Origin: a virus
Lineage: Duplodnaviria; Caudoviricetes
Reading direction: 5' to 3' (one strand)
DNA length: 32,115 bases
Virus record (IMG/VR): IMGVR_UViG_3300030397_000910
Span: 1 to 32,115 of that record
A program made the position numbers and the translations under genes. This document shows, one piece after another, positions 7,574 through 15,400 of the stretch; position 1 is the stretch's first letter, and each line of letters begins with the position of its first letter. A model generated the notes under the pieces. The model ran no database searches. It saw only the letters and a list, made by a program, of their open reading frames with translations, and was not told where the DNA came from.

Positions 7574-7792
7574 ATGAACAACTCACGAGTACATCCATTT
7601 ATGCAGCAGTATCTTGATAGCATCCTTGCTGCACAAGACATGCGGGAAACAGAGGCACTTATCACTGAGTCAGAGGAAACGCTTGATAAGCTCCACGACA
7701 CAGTACAGGATGTCCAAGATGACGACTTTGACCTGTACCTCAGCAATGACCCATCAGTACCAGAATCAACAACGCACGTAGAAGTAGAGTAA
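7574..7792 (+). CDS. Acidic hypothetical protein
   Basis: 72 aa, D/E-rich, tightly packed in the operon. Confidence 0.65.
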   Translation: MNNSRVHPFMQQYLDSILAAQDMRETEALITESEETLDKLHDTVQDVQDDDFDLYLSNDPSVPESTTHVEVE

Positions 7793-8080
7793 TGAACAAT
7801 ATCAACGCAACATCAATTAAGCTAGAGTCCGACAGAGTCCGACAGAGACCTACGGAATCTTGCAGATCACTTTATCGAAGACGGATACCAGCTTGCAGAT
7901 CAGTTTGAGCAGTACGTCCGTGATCTTGATATGCACCTCTCAGAAATGATTGTCCTAGCGACTGACACAAAACGATTTGTGGTGATGCGTGGGAATGACA
8001 TTCATGTGTACAGAGATAACGCAATAACGGTAGATGAATTTCTAAGTCGACACGATGACAAAGGAAAAGAAAGTAACTAA
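7792..8080 (+). pseudogene. 92-aa hypothetical gene frameshifted by a 10-bp tandem duplication
   Basis: AGAGTCCGAC is duplicated at 7824-7843. Removing one copy gives an uninterrupted ORF (MNNINATSIKLESDRDLRNLADHFIEDGY...DDKGKESN*) that fills the gap. Confidence 0.7.
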
Positions 8081-8693
8081 GTGGGATCAGTGGAATACAA
8101 AAATCAAAGAGATTCGTAAAAACCTTGAGAGTGGAGTTGACTATGTCGCAATACGTGGCAATGACACACTCACCAAGGCTGGTGCCGAGAAGCTTGCATT
8201 TGTGTTCGACATCTCAATCAACATTGAAATGATGAGAGAAAATCAAACATTTTATTTCGAGGCAACTGCAGTATCAGAAGGAAAGGCAGCAAGCGTTGGA
8301 CGAGGGGCATGTACTGCACAAGAGAAGGACAATAACATCAACACTGCTATTAAGATGGGGCAGAAGCGAGCATATGTTGATGTAGTGATCCGACACCTTG
8401 GACTATCCAGCTTGTTTACACAGGACATTGAAGAGCATGGATACATCAAGGACAATCCAAAGGAACAGCTACAGACAATGGTGAATGAGGTGCCTCCACC
8501 AGGTGCGCCTCCAGGGGAAGTGTTCTACGAGCCATTCAATAATGATGGCAGTGAGAACTGTAAGTGTGGAAAGAAGATGGAGCTGAAGACTGGTAAGTCG
8601 AAGACAGGTAAGCCATACAAGCAGCTACGATGCCCAGATTATAAGTGGACAGGGAAAGAAGATCCAAATCACGATGCAAAGTTTATTAAGTAA
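8055..8693 (+). CDS. Putative single-strand annealing/recombination protein with C-terminal zinc ribbon
   Basis: Motifs GVDY...TLTKAGAEKL...NTAIKMGQKRAYVDVV...LFTQDIE recall phage annealase-like proteins. C-terminal CKCG...GKPYKQLRCP...H. Confidence 0.65.
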   Translation: MTKEKKVTKWDQWNTKIKEIRKNLESGVDYVAIRGNDTLTKAGAEKLAFVFDISINIEMMRENQTFYFEATAVSEGKAASVGRGACTAQEKDNNINTAIKMGQKRAYVDVVIRHLGLSSLFTQDIEEHGYIKDNPKEQLQTMVNEVPPPGAPPGEVFYEPFNNDGSENCKCGKKMELKTGKSKTGKPYKQLRCPDYKWTGKEDPNHDAKFIK

Positions 8694-8699
8694 ATCTTA

Positions 8700-8867
8700 A
8701 TGAAATACGAATATAAAATTGTTTGGGGTTTCTCTAAACACCTACAGGACGAGCTAAATAAGCTTGGAAAAAGAGGTTGGGTTGCAGTGTCGCATTCATC
8801 TGTTTACAGAGGAGAGCAAATTGAAGCAGGATCAGAGGTACTTATGATGAGAAATAAAGGAGAATAA
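8700..8867 (+). CDS. DUF4177-like small protein
   Basis: Hand-translated MKYEYKIV...LQDELNKLGKRGWVAVS...LMMR, matching the YEYK...LNxLGxxGWxxV pattern. Confidence 0.7.
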   Translation: MKYEYKIVWGFSKHLQDELNKLGKRGWVAVSHSSVYRGEQIEAGSEVLMMRNKGE

Positions 8868-8892
8868 AGCCATAAAAATTAACACAAAAAGA

Positions 8893-9030
8893 ATGGCAAA
8901 AAGACTAGATCCAGAAGTAAAAGTACTTCGACAGTTCCTTAAAGACTCAGAGAAGCTAGCTCGACGAGCACGAAAGGAGCTTGAGAAGATCGCAAAGAAG
9001 ACAGCAAAATCAACAGTACGGAAGAAGTAA
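8893..9030 (+). CDS. Basic 45-aa protein
   Basis: MAKRLDPEVKVLRQFLKDSEKLARRARKELEKIAKKTAKSTVRKK*, after an A-rich leader. Confidence 0.6.
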   Translation: MAKRLDPEVKVLRQFLKDSEKLARRARKELEKIAKKTAKSTVRKK

Positions 9031-9033
9031 AAG

Positions 9034-9326
9034 TCTTCCCCAGGTGGGATGAACAGTTGTCCCACTACGGGAGTATTATTACTCCACCAATACTTGCCCA
9101 ACAGGGTGAGCTGGAAAAGATTACTACGACTGTATTAGTGCAGGTTTTACAGTTGCCTGTAACGGACTGACCACGAGTCACCGCTCAACGATGCTTATCG
9201 CGTAATCTATTCCTTTATTGGTAGCTGAGATGACACAGGGTTAGGCAGGGGGAATGTCGATCTCCCTGCTGATACCACAACTTTCAATATGATACGTTTG
9301 AATGGGTTCAACCAAAGGAGGTTCCT
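9034..9326 (+). ncRNA. Candidate structured RNA (two multi-stem junctions, a pseudoknot and a hairpin), leader of microproteins E and F
   Basis: Junction 1 at 9034-9120, junction 2 at 9119-9207, hairpin at 9245-9269. G-U pairs favour the plus strand. No credible plus-strand ORF. Confidence 0.55.
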
Positions 9327-9479
9327 ATGAATCCATGTGTAGGATGTAAGTACTTTCGCAATTGTCCACAGAGACACCACAAACAACTCTGTAAGGACTA
9401 TAGAAAAGTCCCAAAGAAACAGGAGGAGGCAAACAAGAAATGGATGCAAAGACCACTCAGGAGAAAGATGCGACGGTAA
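9327..9479 (+). CDS. Cys4 microprotein E
   Basis: Hand-translated, 50 aa: MNPCVGCKYFRNCPQRHHKQLCKDYRK... SD AAAGGAGG-ttcct-ATG. Confidence 0.7.
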   Translation: MNPCVGCKYFRNCPQRHHKQLCKDYRKVPKKQEEANKKWMQRPLRRKMRR

Positions 9480-9625
9480 ACTACTGCGACGACTGTTCCC
9501 ACTCGACCAACTGTTTAGCATTTCGCTTGATGAAAGATCGCGAACACTGCTGGAACAAAACAACTGCTAGAAAAAGGGGCGTCGTTTCCGTCGGGTATTT
9601 GAGACATTACAAACCCGTCCGCTAG
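9440..9625 (+). CDS. Cys4 microprotein F
   Basis: 61 aa, NYCDDCSHSTNC...HC, with the same C-x2-C-x5-C spacing as E. AGGAGGAGG upstream. Confidence 0.6.
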   Translation: MDAKTTQEKDATVNYCDDCSHSTNCLAFRLMKDREHCWNKTTARKRGVVSVGYLRHYKPVR

Positions 9626-9682
9626 ATAAAGCGTAATAACCGTTCCGAGAGTACGTAACTCTCAACTCCTTTAAAAACAAAT

Positions 9683-9862
9683 ATGTTGCACAAAAAGAAA
9701 TATCTCATACAAAAGAAGCGGGACTTCCAAGAGGCAGAGAATTACTGGAGGGAGCAATGGTTTGCACGGGGACGATCAGAAGACCATGACGAAGCAGATA
9801 GGTGGCTTTTGAGACAGCGAGTAGTAGAAGAAATTTTAAGTGAAATGTATGGAACAAAATAA
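9683..9862 (+). CDS. Hypothetical 59-aa protein
   Basis: Hand-translated MLHKKKYLIQKKRDFQEAENYWREQWF... It has the same aaaaacaaatATGTT start context as 7414. Confidence 0.6.
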   Translation: MLHKKKYLIQKKRDFQEAENYWREQWFARGRSEDHDEADRWLLRQRVVEEILSEMYGTK

Positions 9863-10001
9863 AAAGATAGAGTGTTGGAACTGTCACGAAACATTTACAA
9901 TGTACGACCCAATTACCAAGAACCTTCGTGAAAATCTTATTCGGTGTAAGCGATGTGCTGCACAAGAAGAAGCAAAGACATGGGCGCAATACCAATGGTA
10001 A
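9849..10001 (+). CDS. Small zinc-ribbon protein (no SD)
   Basis: MEQNKKIECWNCHETF...IRCKRC..., 50 aa, overlapping both neighbours. Confidence 0.6.
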   Translation: MEQNKKIECWNCHETFTMYDPITKNLRENLIRCKRCAAQEEAKTWAQYQW

Positions 10002-10225
10002 GCATAGAGGATGACAAGGATCTTAAGGATCTTCGTGAGGAATACCGATACGAAAAGCGATACCTCCATGAAACACAGATGACAATCCATGATGCGAAGG
10101 AACTTGGGATAGACCCACATCCTCTGCCAGATTTATGGCATATTCATAACGAACGAAGGATTTATTTACAGAAAAGAATAGGACACATAATGCACAAGTA
10201 TGGACATAATGAAACCAAGCAATAA
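9995..10225 (+). CDS. Hypothetical protein
   Basis: ORF 9953..10225, with the likely start at ATG 9995 (MVSIEDDKDL...). Confidence 0.55.
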   Translation: MVSIEDDKDLKDLREEYRYEKRYLHETQMTIHDAKELGIDPHPLPDLWHIHNERRIYLQKRIGHIMHKYGHNETKQ

Positions 10226-10379
10226 TAAGTGTGAGTGCCGATACACGGAGAAGGAGTACAGAACAATCACTAAGCTAGTGACAAGCGTAAAACAACTCTG
10301 GGCAGTTAACCTTGGAGTAGTGTTTATGATGCTGATGATTGGCGTAGCTCTATTCTCTATCATTACAATGATTAGATAA
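10209..10379 (+). CDS. Small membrane protein
   Basis: 56 aa with a C-terminal hydrophobic helix. TAATG coupling to the next gene. Confidence 0.55.
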   Translation: MKPSNNKCECRYTEKEYRTITKLVTSVKQLWAVNLGVVFMMLMIGVALFSIITMIR

Positions 10380-10822
10380 TGACAAAGGATCCAGCAAAGC
10401 AATCTGTAGCATACCTTAGGCGAAAAGCTGACAGACTCCTACAAGAACTAGGAAGAAAGGTATACGACCTGTGTATAGTCTGTGGAAAACCAATGGATTG
10501 TTTGCACCACTACCACACAAAATCATCCTGTGCTGCGCTGAGATACGAGTGGGGTAACCTTATCCCCATCTGTACTGGTTGTCATAACCGACATCACAAT
10601 GGAGACCCATCTATCCACAACCAGGTAGACAGAGTTCGTGGACAACAATGGGTCGACGAACTTGAGATGATGCGACGAGAGAAGAAGGTGAAAACAAATA
10701 AGGGTTACTACAGGGAAATTATTGCAGCACTTGAGGAGGCATTAGACCATCCCAAAAAGATAGATCAGAAAGAAGATAATATACAGTCTTCTTTTTGTTT
10801 TCTTTCGTATAGGTGTAGTTGA
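10379..10822 (+). CDS. NinG/Rap-like HNH endonuclease
   Basis: KADRLL...CIVCG...HHY...ALRYEWGNLIPICTGCHNRHH. Confidence 0.8.
   Translation: MTKDPAKQSVAYLRRKADRLLQELGRKVYDLCIVCGKPMDCLHHYHTKSSCAALRYEWGNLIPICTGCHNRHHNGDPSIHNQVDRVRGQQWVDELEMMRREKKVKTNKGYYREIIAALEEALDHPKKIDQKEDNIQSSFCFLSYRCS
10768..10806. terminator. Possible terminator where the early and late transcripts converge
   Basis: AAAGAAGA/TCTTCTTT inverted repeat followed by a T-rich run. The stem is AT-rich and lies inside the end of the HNH ORF. Confidence 0.35.
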
Positions 10823-10826
10823 AGAG

Positions 10827-11030
10827 TTATTTCCCGTCAGAACCAAGGCTCATGCCACTGGTTCCGTCTGCGTATCCCTGTGCTCCGAGGTAAGCAATTA
10901 CCGTGGTGATAATCGTCTTAATTGCGAGATCCCACTCAATCTCTCCTGAGTATGCGAGGAGTGCCTGTGCTGCAAGGGCAGCAATAGTCATCCAAAGCTT
11001 GCGTGACTTGAGTCGTGCTGGCATGTTCAT
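10827..11030 (-). CDS. Holin-like protein
   Basis: 67 aa, LKSRKLW plus two TM segments and AYLGAQGYAD. Downstream of the endolysin. Confidence 0.75.
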   Translation of the reverse strand: MNMPARLKSRKLWMTIAALAAQALLAYSGEIEWDLAIKTIITTVIAYLGAQGYADGTSGMSLGSDGK

Positions 11031-11032
11031 AC

Positions 11033-12118
11033 TTACTTCTTAAATATTTTCTTATATAGAAGGGAAACAATGTCGTTCATTGACATCTTCTGAACCTTGT
11101 CGTTCTTGATCGCATCCTTGCTTTGCTTGTGATTCTCAGCCTGTGCAATGAGTCGTCGCTCAAGATCCTGCTTTGCAAGAAGGCATTGCTGCTGTTTCTT
11201 CTGGAGTGCCTGAACATTTCTCTGAGATGCAACGTAGTTTACATTCAGCTCCTTTCTTGCCTTCTCTAGGTCACCAATAAGTGATGTTGCGCCTGCGAGT
11301 CGCTCTTCGCATGGAGCACCCCCCTTGTTTTCTATCTGGAGCTTAAGTGCTTCAATCTCTTTCTTAAATTCTTTGCCTTTATTGCGGCACTCTTGCAACT
11401 CCTTAGTAAGCGTCTCTACCTCTCGAACACGATCGTCATACCAAGATACTTTGTTCTTTGAGGTTTCAAATTGTGGATCATTAACAAGATCACGCAATGT
11501 ATCAAGAACCTTCGAGCTTTCAAACGACTTCTTTTGGTAGTAGAGAACCCAATCATCAGCTGCTTCCTTATCCTCCCACGCACCATTGTCATCTGTCTGA
11601 TGTCCCCACAGTTCAGCCAAATGCTGCCACTGTTCATCTGTAAGTTGTTGATTTTCTGACATATCTGTTTCTTCAATAACAACAGTTAGTCCAAACCCAT
11701 GTCCCTTCCTGTTGGTTCGGTTTGCGAATAGAACTTTCCCTGGTACTGGACTATAGACTGGTTGATTCATATCTGCATTCCCAGATCCTGGCCCATTAAT
11801 ATCTGCACCTGGGTGATACACACCCTCAGTGGTCTTTTGTGTATGACTCCATCCACTATGATGCCAATTAGTGACATTGCTCTGACCTTTGCGGGTGTAG
11901 TTACTTGGGGGAATGTACTCATCTCGTACCCTCTGTCGCGACCACCCCTTGACCCAGTAGTAGTAATTAGAGGGCTTCTTCTTGATGATATCAAAATGGA
12001 GATGTGAGCTCGTACTAAATCCAGTAGTTCCCATATCTCCAATGTGTTGCCCCGACTGTATTACGTCCCCCTCCTTAACGTGCACCTTATTGAGGTGTGC
12101 AAAACGTAAGTATGGCAT
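11033..12118 (-). CDS. Endolysin: circularly permuted M23 peptidase with coiled-coil tail
   Basis: FAHL...GQHIGDMGTTGFSTSSHLHF (residues 6-42) precedes YHPGADIN...PVYSPVPGKV...GFGLTVVI (101-148). Long heptad-rich C-terminus. Confidence 0.8.
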   Translation of the reverse strand: MPYLRFAHLNKVHVKEGDVIQSGQHIGDMGTTGFSTSSHLHFDIIKKKPSNYYYWVKGWSRQRVRDEYIPPSNYTRKGQSNVTNWHHSGWSHTQKTTEGVYHPGADINGPGSGNADMNQPVYSPVPGKVLFANRTNRKGHGFGLTVVIEETDMSENQQLTDEQWQHLAELWGHQTDDNGAWEDKEAADDWVLYYQKKSFESSKVLDTLRDLVNDPQFETSKNKVSWYDDRVREVETLTKELQECRNKGKEFKKEIEALKLQIENKGGAPCEERLAGATSLIGDLEKARKELNVNYVASQRNVQALQKKQQQCLLAKQDLERRLIAQAENHKQSKDAIKNDKVQKMSMNDIVSLLYKKIFKK

Positions 12119-12121
12119 ATG

Positions 12122-12454
12122 TTATTTTATTACAAGGTTGAAAATAATAGACCCAATAGAAGCAATCATTGTCCCTGCTACGGCTCGATAGAACCAGCGC
12201 TTTCCATCAATAAGCTCTTTAATTGCCTCTTCGTTTCTATCAATATCCTCCTGTATGTATTTCATCTCTGCACGTGAGACATAGTTCTTTTTCAGGTCAA
12301 TATGAATATCGTCTAGGCGATCAGCAACCTTATCAAGGGACTGTGTAAACCCCTCAATAACAACAGTGAGTCGGACCACAGATCCACTGTTTGTATCAAC
12401 CTTTTCCTCTAATTTAGTTATCCGCTCCTCAATGAGCCTGTGGTCTTCTGACAT
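12122..12454 (-). CDS. Coiled-coil protein with C-terminal TM (XhlA/holin-like)
   Basis: 110 aa, ERITKLEE coiled coil and a single C-terminal TM, in the lysis cassette. Confidence 0.65.
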   Translation of the reverse strand: MSEDHRLIEERITKLEEKVDTNSGSVVRLTVVIEGFTQSLDKVADRLDDIHIDLKKNYVSRAEMKYIQEDIDRNEEAIKELIDGKRWFYRAVAGTMIASIGSIIFNLVIK

Positions 12455-15400
12455 TTATTGTGTAAGTAGTTTTTGAAGAATCAACTCAAAAATATCATTA
12501 TTAATAACCTTATTCTCAAGGCTCTTTTTGAGAAACTTTTTCTTTTCCGTGTTGGAATCAAGACTATTCAGTTTCTTAATCATATCATCAGCAGCAGAGT
12601 TTTGTACAAAAACCTTCATTGATTTATTCACTTCAGATTGGATTTCGTCTAGAACAACCGCTTTTTCCGACGAGGTGAGATTGTTCCATTTTGGATTTTT
12701 CATCACCTCCCTTGTCAGGGTGTCGATAGCCATATTCCTTCGGCTCTTATACTCAGCAAATGTATGGCCCTTCATCTTATACCCGTGCACCTTCTTCTTT
12801 GCTGTGGAGTATTGGTAGTCAATTCGCTCAAGCTCATTCAAGACAGCATCATCTCGCTTTTTTCCAATACGTTCTGGCGAAAGAAACTCTGTGATGTTAA
12901 ACCCACCAATCTGTGTTCCGGGCCTTTTCACAGGTGTTCCCTGTCCACTAATAACAGGAGCTACTTGCTTTGACAGCACAGGAATCTGTGTCTTAATTCC
13001 TTCAATGATTGACTCTGGAGCACGCAATGTGTCATCCAGTGATCGTGCGAGATTGCCAACAAGTGCAGATGCTGGGATCAGTTGACGTATTGCATTCTCA
13101 GTAAACCGTCGACCAAACCTTTCTGGGTCATTAAGCGCATTGAATAAATTGTTTACCCCTTGTAGGTACGACGCATCAAGAACAGATCCACCAACACGCG
13201 CAATCAGACCAGCAACATCACGTGGCTCAAACTCACCACGTTTGTCGTACTTCCAAATATCATGAGCATTGCCAACTGCAGAAAGCACCAGGTTAAGAGG
13301 AAGGATGTTGGTATATGGGACCCATGTGTCTCCAATGCGGATTGAGTTTGGTCTCCACCCTGAGTCATACAATTGTTGTCGAAGATCAGCATCCTGAGGA
13401 CCCTTTCCTGTGATCTGTCCATTGGCAGCAAGGTATGCGATTGGAGCCAACATAAGTGATCCAAGGGCAGCGCGACCAGCAACAAGTGACTTGTCTCGTG
13501 CTGCATCTTGTCGAAGAGCGGTTAAGAATCCTGCAGGGGAAGCTTCAACACCCTTCTTCATAATATTAGCTGGGGTTTCGATAAACGGAACAATAAATCG
13601 TCCAGCTGCCGGTAGCTCAATCTTCTTCCCTTTTTTGGTGATAATCTCTATCGCACCAACATCTCTCATCTTCTTCAATCCTTGTACAAACTTTCCACCC
13701 TGTGTTCGAAACACCGCATCCTTTCCTGCAGCATCAACGCGCCTAAGCAGATCTACTGGTGGATTGTCTGCAAGCCTCTTGAATTCATCAAGAAGGTCAT
13801 CACCTTTCAGCCCCTTCTTTTTTGCTAAAGCAAAGGCTCCAGACTGGAGTTCAGCCTCTGCCGCAATTGATCGAAAGAATAAGTCACCCGCCTCTAGGAG
13901 ACGAGACACTGAATTAAAGACAGCACCCGCCTTGCCACGAATTGGCTCAACTCGTGTAGCAAATTCTCCTGTAGCAACATCATCAAGAGTAAACCCGTTG
14001 CGCATCATGTGCATGGCCTTATGGAAACCCTTTTGTGCACCAGACATCATGCCCATCATTTCTGGCTTAAGCTCGGCAAGGAACACTTCTCGTTCTCTCT
14101 TCCCACCAATAGCCTTTGAAAATCCTGTTGCGATACTATCAATACCTACAGCAAACGGCTTTGCTGCGAATCGGAATCCCATATTCTGCATGTTTCCAAC
14201 GATGTTTCGAATCTGTGTCTTGGGACTTGAAAGCATGTTGGAGTACGTATACCAACCCATCCAGTCTCGTAGTGTTGGCTTCACCATGTTTCGCATAAAT
14301 CGGAACTTCTCCTCTGGTGTGTTAAGTGCAGCAAGGTGCTTGGAAACCTGCTCAATCTGCTTATCAGAAATAACATCGCCCTTAATTGCCTTAGTGATGA
14401 GATCAACATCTCTTGTTTCAAATGCTTTTCGTGCAATGCGATATGACTGCAGTGCTCGCCCAGCCTCTGCGCGCGCACCGAAATAGCTTGCTGACAATGC
14501 ACCAATTTCCTGCTGTGTCTTTTGAATATCCAGCTTAAGAAGGTCCATATTTACGTCCGGATCAGGACGACGTGACAGCTCGGCAAACTGATCAACGAGT
14601 ACCTGGTATTTATTCTGTGCATTAGCTAGTGCGTTTCCAAGAGCAATAGACTCCTCCTTGTTGAGTGTTTGTCCTGGCTTCAGCGCTGCCCTTGGCTCAA
14701 GCTCTCGTGCCATTCGCTCTGCAACCTCATCTGTAACAACACCTCTTCGCTGCTTTGTGAAACCACCATTATCTAAAAGGATTTGTGCAATATCGTCCTG
14801 AGCCTGGTCTGGAAACTTATCGAGACGAAACTTCTTAGACACAAGATCACGCGCACGCTTCACGTCCAAGTCTGCAACCTGTTCATCTGACACACCAACA
14901 ATTCGCTTTACAGACTCTTTCTCGATATTGGTCATTGGCCGTTCTTCTGTAACCTCTCGGACATGTCGAAGAACTGCCTCTTGCGCATCGTTAAGCGAAG
15001 GATCTGCCTTGGTAAGAACAGAGGCATTTGGCTTCTTTGCTTCAAAGTATCGAACAATACCCTCCTCTCCCTCATTGAGTAAAGCATCTACCTCATTACG
15101 CATCTTCTGCAGCTTTTTAAATTCCTGTAGCTGCCCCTTAGTGATTGTCTCTGCCTCTTCAAGAAGATTAATCTCACTGCTTATCCTGTTTCTGTGGGAC
15201 TCAAACCCATGTAGAAACTCTTCTGTTGAACCAACCTTCTTGGCAATATCATCAAGGCCATTAAACTTCTGTGCTGAAATCTCACCAAGTTTGTCTTGAA
15301 GGTTTTTGTGTACCACATTAGTAATTTTGGATGTGGCTTTTTTCGTGACCTTTCCCGTTGCCTTCACTCCACCAAAAAACATGAGGCCTAACCCAGCACC

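Noticed and set aside
9220-9277. tRNA gene (hairpin with GTCGAT loop ending in ACCA)
   Set aside because: No proper 7-bp acceptor stem, D arm or anticodon arm. It is kept only as part of the structured RNA candidate.
5600-9660. CRISPR mini-array in the non-coding regions
   Set aside because: No regularly spaced direct repeats were found by eye.
13410-14486. 358-aa plus-strand ORF
   Set aside because: Antisense shadow of the 1263-aa virion gene, with no recognisable motifs or start context.
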